Shown here piece by piece: positions 11,637-23,500 of a DNA stretch of 64,000 nt; within the stretch, counting starts at the first letter, position 1; each line of letters begins with the position of its first letter. The notes beneath the pieces were generated by a model, which saw nothing but the letters and a program-made list of their open reading frames with translations, did no database searches and was not told where the DNA came from. The DNA is taken from the NCBI GenBank assembly GCA_963785305.1, contig CAWAUV010000008.1, positions 32,001-96,000 of the forward strand, in the 5' to 3' direction. Source of the DNA: an uncultured Planctomycetaceae bacterium. GTDB taxonomy: Bacteria > Planctomycetota > Planctomycetia > Pirellulales > PALSA-1355. Both the position numbers and the translations under genes were made by a program.

Positions 11637-12890
11637 ATGCGACGCTGGAGCATTCAACGCGCTGCCGCGGGCGTGACGCTCATCGAGCTCTTGGTCGTGA
11701 TCGCGGTCTTGATGATGGTCACCGCGGCGGCGATTCCCATCGTGGCCCCGTCGATTCAAACCCGTCGCGTGCGCGAGGCCACCCGGCTCGTGAGCACCTA
11801 TCTGGCCGGCGCCCGCGGGCGGGCGATCGAAACCGGCCGGCCGGTCGGGGTGATGATCGAACGCTATACCCCCGGCTTGGCCGCGGGAACCGCCACTGTC
11901 ACGTCGGGCGGCACGACGACTTCCGCCGCCGCCAGCACTCCACAACCCTATTCGATGACACTTTCCACGGTACAAACCCTGCCGCCCTATGCGGGCGATT
12001 ACACCGGCTCGGTGGCCTATGTCTGCTGGACCCAGAATTCGCTCGGACAATATTTTCTCTATGTCGACGGCCTGGGCATGAACCTGGGCAGTTCGTCGAA
12101 TCAGCTCTACGACAATATTGGGATCCAAAAAGTGCAAATCGGCGATCGCGTTCGCTTCAATTATCAGGGCCCCTTTTTCACGATCATGAGCGCCACGCAA
12201 CTCGATTCGAACAATCAATATATCACCGGCGTGACACAACAGGCGGGCCTGACGCTCGCGCCCTACAGCATGACCACGACATCGCTCGGCACTAGCGCCC
12301 CGATCAGTTATTTGCCGCCCTCGGGCATGCCTGCTTACAGCACCGACCCCAATGCCGGCATCCAGGGCGTTCAACTTCCCTATCAAATTTTTCGCCAGCC
12401 GATTCGCTCTTCCGATCCGCCCTTGCAGTTGCCCGAGGGCATTGTGATCGACATGCAATGGTCGGGCATGAGCACCGAACTGAACGGCGTGTTCCTGCCC
12501 AACACGAACTATCCGCGGCAGAGCCCGATCATTTCGTTCGCCCCCAACGGCGGCGTCGACATGCTCTACGACCAGGTCTATCAACACGCCAGCGGGCCGA
12601 TCTATCTTTTGCTCGGACGAGCCGAACAAGTGACGACTTTCCCCACGACATCGACGCCCTATCCGCAAAACAACCTCGGCGACCTCAACAGCCAATGGGT
12701 CACGGTGATTCCACAGACCGGCCAGATATTGAGCAACCCGAACGCGAATCCGACATTTTCCACGAACAAAGGTTATGTCGGCATGAATCAATTCGGCACG
12801 ACTCCGGCGGCCGACGTGGTCACGGCCCGCTCGATGGCCACCGGCATGACCAACGGCAACGGCGTGGTGACCACCTTGGGAGGCGAGTGA
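11637..12890 (+). CDS. Prepilin-type protein 3 (FimT/GspH-like)
   Basis: RAAAG|VTLIELLVVIAVLMMV; LAGARGRAIETGRPVGV; ISFAPNGGV; ATG separated by 1 nt from the previous stop. Confidence 0.9.
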   Translation: MRRWSIQRAAAGVTLIELLVVIAVLMMVTAAAIPIVAPSIQTRRVREATRLVSTYLAGARGRAIETGRPVGVMIERYTPGLAAGTATVTSGGTTTSAAASTPQPYSMTLSTVQTLPPYAGDYTGSVAYVCWTQNSLGQYFLYVDGLGMNLGSSSNQLYDNIGIQKVQIGDRVRFNYQGPFFTIMSATQLDSNNQYITGVTQQAGLTLAPYSMTTTSLGTSAPISYLPPSGMPAYSTDPNAGIQGVQLPYQIFRQPIRSSDPPLQLPEGIVIDMQWSGMSTELNGVFLPNTNYPRQSPIISFAPNGGVDMLYDQVYQHASGPIYLLLGRAEQVTTFPTTSTPYPQNNLGDLNSQWVTVIPQTGQILSNPNANPTFSTNKGYVGMNQFGTTPAADVVTARSMATGMTNGNGVVTTLGGE

Positions 12891-12891
12891 T

Positions 12892-15469
12892 ATGCGCGTG
12901 CTTCACATGACAATCTCCCTGTGCTCCGTGTGCCATGCCCACGCTTGCGTGGGCATGCCCTCCGCGCGGCTTGCGCGGGGCCGAACCACATGCCCACGCG
13001 AGCGTGGGCATGGCACGCCGCCGCGCCGCCGCGGCGTCACGCTGGTGGACAACTCGGCTCGCCAAAATCCTTCGCTAGCGCTTCAGGCTTGTGTGGACAA
13101 TGCTCTGTCGCGCACACCTAGCGCCGTGTGCCATGCCCACGCTTGCGTGGGCATGCCCTCCGCGCGGCTTCGCGGGGCCGAACCACATGCCCACGCGAGC
13201 GTGGGCATGGCACGCCGCCGCGCCGCCGCGGCGTCACGCTGATGGACAACTCGGCTCGCCAAAATCCTTCGCTAGCGCTTCAGGCTTGTGTGGACAATGC
13301 TCTGTCGCGCACACTTCAGCGCCGTGTGCCATGCCCACGCTTGCGTGGGCATGCCCTCCGCGCGGCTTGCGAGGGTCCGAACCGCATGCCCACGCGAGCG
13401 TGGGCATGGCACGCCGGCGCGCCGCTGCGGCGTCACGCTGATGGACAACTCGGCTCGCCAAAATCCTTCGCTAGCGCTTCAGGCTTGTGTGGACAATGCT
13501 CTGTCGCGCACACTTAGCGCCGTGTGCCATGCCCACGCTTGCGTGGGCATGCCCTCCGCGCGGCTTGCGAGGGTCCGAACCGCATGCCCACGCGAGCGTG
13601 GGCATGGCACGCCGGCGCACCGCTGCGGCGTCACGCTGGTGGACAACTCGGCTCGCCAAAATCCTTTGCTAGCGCTTCAGGCTTGTGTGGACAATGCTCT
13701 GTCGCGCACACCTAGCGCCGTGTGCCATGCCCACGCTTGCGTGGGCATGCCCTCCGCGCGGCTTGCGCGGGGCCGAACCACATGCCCACGCGAGCGTGGG
13801 CATGGCACGCCGCCGCGCCGCCGCGGCGTCACGCTGATGGACAACTCGGCTCGCCAAAATCCTTCGCTAGCGCTTCAGGCTTGTGTGGACAATGCTCTGT
13901 CGCGCACACTTACGCGCCGTGTGCCATGCCCACGCTTGCGTGGGCATGCCCTCCGCGCGGCTTGCGAGGGTCCGAACCGCATGCCCACGCGAGCGTGGGC
14001 ATGGCACACGGCATGGCAACCGGTTCGCCGGTGGCGCCCGCCGCGGAATCACGCTGATGGAAGTGCTGATGAGCATGTTTATTTTGCTCATCGGGCTCTT
14101 GAGCGTGGGCGCCCTGATTCCGGTGGGGCGGTTCGAGGTAGGCCAGGCCGATCAGATCGACCGCGCCGCGTCGGTCGGCCGCTCGGCCTTTCGCATGCTC
14201 AAAACCTGCGGCATGCTCCGGCCCGACGCGGGCAACACCTCGCAGCATATATCGATGTGGTACGCGCCCGTGGCGGCGACGGGCCAATTGACCGGCCAGC
14301 TCGCGACCGATATCACGAACAACGGCAACTTCGTGCCGGTCGCCAATGGCTTGCCCTATACCGACTACGACTCCAATTCCAGCACTTACCCGCCGCAACT
14401 TTCATATGCCCTCGACCCCTGGGGCATGGTCTACAACGCCACCGGGCAGGTGATTAACACCTCGAATCCCTCGGCCATGTTTTCGAGCAGCGCGCTGAGC
14501 CCGGCGACATTTCCCGCGGGCGCGGTTTCGACGCTCGGCGCCGCGCTGCCGAATGTGCCGGTGATGGCGCGCATCACGCTACGGGCCGCGCCGTCGCTCG
14601 GAATTTGCATGTCGCTGGCCCAAGCAGCGCATCTATTTCAACCGCAAGACGACCTAAGCTACTTCGCGCCGCCCCCGGGCATGACGCTCACCACTCCCAA
14701 CGGGCCGGCGGTGCAGACGTATTATCCGAATCAAGACCCAACGGTGCAAAACGGAGTTTCCTCGGGCGGCAGTGGATTGACGCCGCAGTATCGGCAATTC
14801 GATGGCAACTATTCGTGGATCGCCACGATCGTGCCCAACGCGCCGACGCTGCCCAATCAGAGCGGTGGCGCGCCGGGCAGCCCGACGTATCAACCCTATA
14901 ACAATAATCTTTATACGGTGTCGGTCGCGGTGTATTACAAGCGGCCGATCAATTTGAATGTGAGCGTGGCGCCGGCGAGTCAGTCGATCAACTATCCGGT
15001 GTATCCCGAGCGGCTGGCCGCGGTGAGCGCGTTTCCCGGCTCGGGCATCGGCGGCGGCGAAATCACGCTCAACACGCAGAACATGACATCCACCCAGTCG
15101 GCGGCCTATCTCAATGTGAAGCGCGGCCAGTGGATCATGCTCGCCGGCCAGATCACGCTAACCGCTGGGACATCGCTCAATCCGACGAACACGCCCACGT
15201 ATTTGAACATTTTCCGCTGGTATCGGGTCATCGGCGCATCCGACGTGGTCGATTCCAACGGCAACCCGGTGACGCCGGGCGAGAGCACCTCGGTGGGCAT
15301 GCCGTCGTATTCCCGCAACATCACGTTGGCCGGCCCCGACTGGCCGTATCTTTCGGTGATGGCCAACGCCAACCATCCGATCACCTACGCCTTCCTTTGC
15401 GACGGCGTGGTGGGAGTGTACGAAAAAAGCATGAACCTAGAACGCCCCAGCGACTGGTCGACACAATAG
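12892..15469 (+). CDS. Prepilin-type protein 4 (PilV-like) with repeat-expanded leader; three 1-nt indels in the leader; alternative start at 13946
   Basis: ARRG|ITLMEVLMSMFILLIGLLSVGALIPVG with cleavage after 14047; ATG 12892 is 1 nt after the upstream stop, as at 11635/11637; the 198-bp units are stop-free in this frame. Confidence 0.75.
12926..14007 (+). repeat. 198-bp tandem array, ~5.5 units, containing REP-like palindromes
   Basis: Unit starts 12926, 13124, 13322, 13520, 13718, 13917; each has two ATGCCCACGC(TT/GA)GCGTGGGCAT palindromes in inverted arrangement; each full unit also has CTTCGCTAGCGCTTCAGGCTTGTGT. Confidence 0.97.
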
Positions 15470-15488
15470 CCGACAGCGATGCTCAAAT

Positions 15489-17050
15489 CAGGTAGTAACC
15501 ACAAAGCCACCAAGACACAAAGAAGAACAAGAAATCCCGGAGCGAGCGCTGGCCATGTGCTCAAGTTGAAACGCGTCCCAGTTCCTGTGCCTTATTCTTC
15601 TTCGCGCCTTCGTGGTCCATCAATGGCTTAAAAGCGTATCAAATGCCGACACGGCGGCCGGACAGGTAGTAACCACCAAGACACAAAGACACAAAGAAGA
15701 ACAAGAATTCCCGGAGCGAGCGCTGGCCGTGTGCTCAAGTTGAAACGCGTCCCAGTCCCTGTGCCTTATTCTTCTTCGCGCCTTCGTGGTCCATCAATGA
15801 CTTAAAAGCGTATCGAATGCCGACACGGCGGCCGGACAGGTAGTAACCACAAAGCCACCAAGACACAAAGAAGAACAAGAAATCCCGGAGCGAGCGCTGG
15901 CCGTGTGCTCAAGTTGAAACGCGTCCCAGTCCCTGTGCCTTATTCTTCTTCGCGCCTTCGTGGTCCATCAATGACTTAAAAGCGTATCACATGCCGACAC
16001 GGCGGCCGGACAGGTAGTAACCACCAAGACACAAAGACACAAAGAAGAACAAGAATTCCCGGAGCGAGCGCTGGCCGTGTGCTCAAGTTGAAACGCGTCC
16101 CGGTCCCTGTGCCTTATTCTTCTTCGTGTCTTCGCGCCTTCGTGGTCCATCAATGACTTAAAAGCGTATCACATGCCGACACGACGGCCGGACAGGTAGT
16201 AACCACCAAGACACAAAGACACAAAGAAGAACAAGAATTCCCGGAGCGAGCGCTGGCCGTGTGCTCAAGTTGAAACGCGTCCCAGTCCCTTTGCCTTATT
16301 CTTCTTCGTGTCTTCGCGCCTTCGTGGTCCATCAATGACTTAAAAGCGTATCACATGCCGACACGACGGCCGGACAGGTAGTAACCACAAAGCCACCAAG
16401 ACACAAAGAAGAACAAGAATTCCCGGAGCGAGCGCTGGCCGTGTGCTCAAGTTGAAACGCGTCCCAGTCCCTTTGCCTTATTCTTCTTCGTGTCTTCGCG
16501 CCTTCGTGGTCCATCAATGACTTAAAAGCGTATCACATGCCGACACGACGGCCGGACAGGTAGTAACCACCAAGACACAAAGACACAAAGAAGAACAAGA
16601 ATTCCCGGAGCGAGCGCTGGCCATGTGCTCAAGTTGAAACGCGTCCCGGTCCCTGTGCCTTATTCTTCTTCGTGTCTTCGTGGTCCATCAATGACTTAAA
16701 AGCGTATCGAATGCCGACACGGCGGCAGGACAGGTAGTAACCACAAAGCCACCAAGACACAAAGAAGAACAAGAAATCCCGGAGCGAGCGCTGGCCATGT
16801 GCTCAAGTTGAAACGCGTCCCAGTCCCTGTGCCTTATTCTTCTTCGTGTCTTCGTGTCTTCGTGGTCCATCAATGACTTAAAAGCGTATCACATGCCGAC
16901 ACGGCGGCCGGACAGGTAGTAACCACCAAGACACAAAGACACAAAGAAGAACAAGAATTCCCGGAGCGAGCGCTGGCCATGTGCTCAACTTGAAACGCGT
17001 CCCAGTCCCTGTGCCTTATTCTTCTTCGTGTCTTCGCGCCTTCGTGGTCC
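15489..17050 (+). repeat. 174/182-bp tandem array, 9 hairpin-forming units
   Basis: Unit starts 15489, 15663, 15837, 16011, 16193, 16375, 16557, 16731, 16913; arms ACCACCAAGACACAAAGACACAAAGAAGAACAAG and CTTATTCTTCTTCGTGTCTTCGCGCCTTCGTGGT. Confidence 0.97.
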
Positions 17051-17095
17051 AATTTCGTTCTGGTTGCCGTTACTTTCTTTATAAGGAATTCGCCC

Positions 17096-17485
17096 ATGTA
17101 TCGTCCGCTGCCGCCGGAGACCGAAGCGGTGGCCACGAAGATCGTGGACGCCGCGTTTCAGGTGCACGCGGTGTTGGGGCCCGGGCTTTTGGAGTCGGTC
17201 TACGAAACGTGTCTCTGTTACGAATTGCAACAGCGCCAGTTGCATTACGTCCGGCAGATGACCGTGCCTATCGTCTACCGGTCTGTGACGCTCGACGCCG
17301 ATCTCAGGATTGACCTGCTCGTGGAGAACGAGATCATCGTCGAAGTCAAGGCCGTCCACGAGATCTTGCCGCTGCATCAAGCCCAAGTGCTGACCTATTT
17401 GAAATTAGCGAACCACCGACTCGGACTTCTAATCAATTTCTGCGATCCGTTGTTCAAGGATGGATTGCGACGACTCGTGCGTTGA
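17096..17485 (+). CDS. GxxExxY protein (PD-(D/E)xK nuclease superfamily, PDDEXK_3)
   Basis: 129 aa; VHAVLGPGLLESVY signature; RIDLLVENEIIVEVKAV (D..ExK); QVLTYLK..GLLINF; RBS TAAGGA. Confidence 0.95.
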   Translation: MYRPLPPETEAVATKIVDAAFQVHAVLGPGLLESVYETCLCYELQQRQLHYVRQMTVPIVYRSVTLDADLRIDLLVENEIIVEVKAVHEILPLHQAQVLTYLKLANHRLGLLINFCDPLFKDGLRRLVR

Positions 17486-17551
17486 ACTCGGCACGCTCCG
17501 ATTCCCGAAATCGTGGGCAAAACCGGAACAAGAGAAAGCAAAGTGGCTGCC

Positions 17552-20500
17552 ATGACTTCCAACAGAATCCATGTCGTTGCCGACCCACGGACCGAATCTC
17601 CCGCTACCGCGTCGCGCGGAACCGATCGGCCGGCGCTGTCTTGGCGCCGCGCATGGCGATCCGGCGCGGGGCGACTCCCATCCCATCGCCGCGGCGTGTT
17701 GTTGCTTGTGGTGCTTAGTTTACTCGTGTTGTTTTCCATTATCGGGGTCACGTTCGTGCTCATTGCCGGGCAATATCGCCGCACCACCCGGGCCGAGGCG
17801 GCCAGTGAGCGGTATACCGCCGATCCCCAGAAGCAACTCGACGCGCTGGCGATGGACCTCTTCCGCGGCACGACCAATGTCACCTCGCCGATCCAGGGCC
17901 ACGGTCTGCTCGAAGACATGAACGGCACGCCCAGTCTCACCGGCGTGCTCTCGGCCCAGCCCCAACCCGCGCCGACGACGAACAGCGCCAACGTCAGCGC
18001 GCCACTGATCGACCTCACGGTCACCTCCAGCGGGCAAGACTCCTTGCCCGTGAATCCGCTCTCCTATATGTCCTACGGCTATTTCAATGGCCAAGTGCTC
18101 ACCATGACCAGCGGCCCGGCCCGCGGCATGAGCACGCGCATCGTCGGCTCGTGTTTACAAACGCCCGGCCAGCAGCCGAATTACCCGAACGGCCCGTTGA
18201 ATCTGGTCTTGCGCGTGATGGCGTTCGATGGCATCAGCACCACCAACTTCATCAATCAGTACAACACCGGCGCCTATGCCGGCATGGCGCAGCGATTCGT
18301 CATCAATGGCCGCGCGTTCAGCGGAACCGGCTTCGGCTACAACACATCGGTCGGCCAATATTTTCCCCGTCCCAGCGGCAGCTATACCTTGCTCGACGCC
18401 GTGGACGGCAACAGTTTCTTTTTCGCGCTCCAGCCGAACCATAAGTATTTCCAGGCCAACGGCCTTTACGCCACCTGCACCGGTCCCGGCGGCGCCAACG
18501 AAGACTACGACGCGCCCGATGCCCAAAACATGGCCCTCGCTTGGCAGCCGATCGGCGTCACGAACTCCCAGCAGATCATGCCCTCGTTCCACCGGCCCGA
18601 CCTCGTGACTTGGTGGCAAAACACCAGCACCTCGCCGATCGCGGGCGCCGCCATGCCGCCCAGCCAAGCTTGGTCTAACAACACCGGTCATGTGCAAGAA
18701 AAAGTCATTTTGCGGCCCTTGCAGGCCGACCACCCCTTATTTTCCGGTAGCAATACAAATTTCAATCCCACGACCGGCCCCTGGGATGTCGACAACGACG
18801 GCGACGGCATCGCCGACAGCATTTGGATCGATCCCGGCTATCCGGTGCAAACGGCGCCCGATGGCAAGCAATTTAAGATGCTGGCCGCTTATCTGGTGCT
18901 CGACATGGACAGCCGGCTCAATGTAAACGCGCATGGCAATATCGCGCAAACGCAAACCTTCGTGCCCGACCCGAACAGCAATTCGAACGACCCGCTCTAT
19001 TCCGGCTATTCGCAAGGCCCTTATGCCTTTACCACCAGTAGCAACAACGCCGGCGGCGGCGGCACGACCGGTCCCTCGGGCGGCGCCACCGTGGTCCAAA
19101 CCAACAATGTGCTCACCAACGAGGCCCAGCTCATGCGCGGCCAGGGCTATGGCCCCGCCGAAATCAACCTCGGCTACTTGCTCAATGCCAACGGAACCGC
19201 CGCGACCTCCGGCGCCACCAATCCGATCTTCAACGGCGGAGTCAACGGCCTCCAGCAATATCAACAATTGCTCACCGGAACCTATGGCAGCATGTACGGC
19301 GAAAAATACGACGGCCGCTATGGCGAGCTGCAAGTGGCGTCGGGCAATCCCGCGCCGCTGCCCGGCTATGCGGGGGCAATGAACAGCGCCGACGATTATC
19401 TTAGTTCGATTAAGCATTTCGATCTGCCCTATGGCCCCAACGGGCAGAGTCTGTTTACCGCGCTGCCAGGAACCTCGGGCAGCTACTATCAGAACGAAGC
19501 CGCGGGCCTCACCTCCTATGGCACGCCGTCGGACTTTTGGGGCCGCATGGCCGTGGGGCTCGATTTCCGCGGCCAGCCGCTCTATCTGTTCCCCAATTTT
19601 TCGGCAGTCTCGCTCAACCAAGGTTCCCGCCCCCACACGATTCTCGACTGGGAGACTCCGAACAATCCCTACGCGCTGAATCTCTCGCGGCAAGCGGTGC
19701 GGGCCGCGGTCCAGCAACAGGCGATCGACAATCCCTACACCGCCGCCGAGCTCGAGCGCATCTTGCGCCGCTTCGATGTCGATAGCTATGCCCTGCCCGA
19801 CCGGCTGCGGGCCGTGATCGAGGATGTGTACCTGGGCGGCGGCGTCACCTCGAATGCCAATCCCGCCCTGCGGCAGTACCTCACCACCGATAGCTACGAT
19901 GTGGCCAGCCCCAGCTACCAGCCGCCGACCGAACTGCGACAAGTAAGTGGTCAAACCGGCGCCGCGGGCACGGAGCCCACGCAGCCCGACCTGGTGGCCG
20001 CCGCCGCGTATGAAGGCGCGACCAATACCCAAAACGCCACGCTCAATGTGAGTATCGCCGATCTGCTGCGGGCCAAGCTCACGAACAAAACCTATGGCAT
20101 GACAACGCTCGCCGGCGCCGCCTCGAAAGACGCCGCGATAATCAATGCCCAACTCACGATGATGCTGCCGCCGGAGCTCCTCAACGGCCAGATGATGGAC
20201 CTCAACCGCCCCTTCGGCAACGGCCGCGACGACAACGGCAACAACGTGGTCGACGAGCCGCAAGAATATGCCACGAGCAGCGAAGGGGGCTGGAAAAGCC
20301 TCTTCCCCGGCCTCAATGGCAGCACGGTCATGTTCAACATCGTCAATAGCATGGATTTCAACAACGACACCTCGAGCTCGGGCACATCCGCCAGTTTGCA
20401 AAAGTTGGCCAGCGTCACCGACACGAACGGCAATGTATACAGTTATTCGGAGCTCTATGCGCGGCAGCTTTATGCCCGGCATTTGTATGTGCTCATGATG

Positions 20501-23500
20501 CTGCTCGTCGATCAGGGCTTCGTCACGCTGCCCGGCGCCACGGCGCCGGCCACGACCGGCGCCACCTGGGCCTACAATGCCACGGTCACCGGTATCGACT
20601 GGGGCGCCACGCAAGAAACCGCGATCACCGGCCCGAGCGGAACCATGACCACCACCGGCGGTCAAAGCTGGAGCGAGCAGCAAGAGCTCACCGCCCGGCG
20701 CATTGCGCAGTGGGCAATCAACGTGGTCGATTTCCGCGATCCCGACGCGATCATGACACCGTTTGAATACGACGTGAATCCGTTCGATGGCTGGAATGTC
20801 GATGGCATCGTCGACACGGTGGAAACCCAGACGGCGGGCGGCAACACCAACGGCGGCCTCGGGTCGAACATGACCGATCCCAACGGCGAGCGGCGCGTGG
20901 TGTGGGGAACCGAGTATCCGGAACTGCTGATCAACGAAACCTTCGCGATGCATGATCGCCGTGTGCGCGATTCACCCAATGATCCCAACGGCAAGCAGCG
21001 GTTCGACACCACCCAAGTTCCGCCGCAAGAGACCGACAACACGATGGATCAGATTCGCGTGCCGCAGGGTTCGCTGTTCGTCGAGCTCTATTGCCCGCGG
21101 CCGAATAGCGCCACCAGCTCGCCCGGCAGCGCCCCGACCCAGGCGGGCACGAACGGCTCGCAGGCGATTTTTCCCGGCGAGCTCTACTCCTACAACACGA
21201 CTTACAACCAGTGGTATTTGAACCTCGGTCAAATGGCGCCGCCATCGGGCGGCAACCAGGCCTCGCCGGTCTGGCGGCTGGCGATCTCGGCCTCGAACTT
21301 GCAAAACGGCAACAACAACAATATCGCCACGAATCCGAACAACGTCGCGGCGCGAATGAGCGCCTACCCGGTCACCACCACGCTCGATCCGCCGGGCGAC
21401 CCCTATAGCTGTAGCGTGTTCAACACCAACAATAAATACAATCCGGGCAACTATACAGGCTCATTGCAAATCGAGCGATTCGTGTGGTTCGCCAATGTCG
21501 CTCCCGGCAACATGACCACCACCGGCGCGCGCACCTTCTACAACCAGGGCATCCAGGCGGTCAATTGGCAAACGGCCAACACGACGCAGAACCTGCAACA
21601 GGGCGTGTTTCTGGCGCCCGGCGGCTATGCGGTCGTGGGCCCGCGACTGGTCACGCCGTTCGGCCGGCAGACGAGCACCAGCGTCACGCCGACGCCCCCG
21701 CCGCCGATCGCCCCGCAAGCGATCGTGCTCACGCCCGGTAGCAACAACACCTCGCACAACACTGCCTATACCACGCTCACCAGCGCGCCGGCAGCGCGCC
21801 GGCGGTGCAATATATCTCGCCCACCTCGACCAATCCGCAGTATTCGACCGTCGGGCAAAACATCCAGCAACCGCTGGCGATCGTGTGCGCGGGCGGCCTG
21901 CCGCACAACAATGGAACCGGCAATAATCCCACGCAATACGGAACCGCATGGTCCAATGGCGCCAACACCTGCCCGACGCCTGGAAACAACTCCGGCGGTA
22001 TTGGCCTAAGCGTTTCGGAGCCGCTGTTTTCATCGCCCTATTACTACAAGGAGCCGACCCAAAAGGATTCGGCCTCGCAAGCCGTTAACGTCAATTCGAA
22101 TCTGGTCGACGCTTACGGCGCCGATTCCGGCACGAAGGTTCCATTTCTCGATCAACCTTACGAAACGCAGTATTACAACACGCTCCAATCCGACAATACG
22201 CAAACACCGCTCAATGTCGATAGCATTCAAGCCACCGGCACGTATTTGAATTACAAGACGCTGCTGCTCCAGCGCCTCGCCAATCCGCTCTTGCCCTACA
22301 ACCCGATGCCGAACGACCAGAGCACGACATCGGGCAGCATCTATTCCGACCCGAATGAACCGAAATACAACAGCCAGTATCCGGTGAACCCGTATATCAC
22401 GGTCGATTGGATGCCGATCAATCTTACGGTGTTCAACGGCGAACAGGAGCAGCTCTCGGGAACGCCGCCCCTGGCGGTGGCCAGCATGAACGGCGTGGGA
22501 AGCTTGGTTTCGATGGATCCCGACGATGTGAATTTTAGCCCGCCCCAGGGGCAAACGACGCCGCTTTCGCCCATGCCCTCGCTGCCCGTGCCCGTGGCGC
22601 CTTCGTCGGCGATGGCGGCGGCGGCCAACTATCCGAATCCAACCTCACAGTTCACGGGCGCCTTTGGCACGGCCCAGCGCGGACAGACCGTGCCGACCGT
22701 GAATGCCGGCACGTATTTGAATCTTTATACCCAATGGATGGACGCGTTCCCCGGCGGCTCGGGAACTTACACCGCCACGAATCTCGTGTTCGGCTATAGT
22801 CTGATGAGCACCACCGGCGGCCAGGCGCCCGGCATGACGCTCGGCTATCTGAATCAGGCGTTTTATGGCAACAACGGCGCCGGCCATCCCTGGTCGACGA
22901 GCGACTCGCCCGCCGCGCCGGCCAACTATCTAGGCGACCCAAACATGGCGATGTTCGCCGGCAATGTCGGCGCCAACGGCTATATTCCCACGTTCCCTTG
23001 GATCACTTGGAACAATCGTCCCTTCGTGAGCCATTATGAATTGATGCAAGTGCCGGCGAGCTCGCCCTCGCGGCTATTGTGGGAATATGGCTTCACCGGC
23101 ACGACGTCGAATCCCTACGACGGCGCCAACAGCGCCCCGACCACGGCGGCATTCCTCGCGCCGTTCAAGCATCTCTTGAATTTCGAGATGAGCACATCGA
23201 CCGGCGGCGGCTCCGATGGCACGCAGCCACGACAGGCCGATGTCGGCGTGGCCCCGCATTTTTATCGGCTCTTCGATTATGTGCGCGTGCCCTCGCGGTT
23301 CGTCGGCACGGAATATGTCCTCAACCCGAGCTACACCCAAGGCCAGATCGGCAGCAACGCCACCTTCACAAGCACGAACGATGGCAATCTGCAGGGCTCG
23401 ACCAACCCGGGCTCGAACGGCGCTAATTTGGAAAAAGCGATGGCTTCGTATCTGCATCCGCCGTTCAATCGCGTGTCGAAACACCGCGACCCGGGCAAGG

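Noticed and set aside
15489..17050. CRISPR array (units contain GTTGAAAC; nuclease gene adjacent)
   Set aside because: Whole units are repeated, there are no unique spacers, the period is too long, and no cas genes are present
15968..17136. Repeated 61-aa minus-strand ORFs (MMDHEGAKTRRR..) as small toxins
   Set aside because: Present only in some units depending on the 8-nt module, no RBS seen, and simply explained as translation of the palindrome arms
12926..17485. Diversity-generating retroelement or shufflon acting on pilins
   Set aside because: No reverse transcriptase, no site-specific recombinase, no adenine-specific TR/VR pair and no inverted cassettes in the window
18737..20953. Long antisense ORF of 738 aa (also 63-1286, 29333-31060, 45659-47488)
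   Set aside because: Shadow frames of well-supported genes in GC-rich DNA; no motifs
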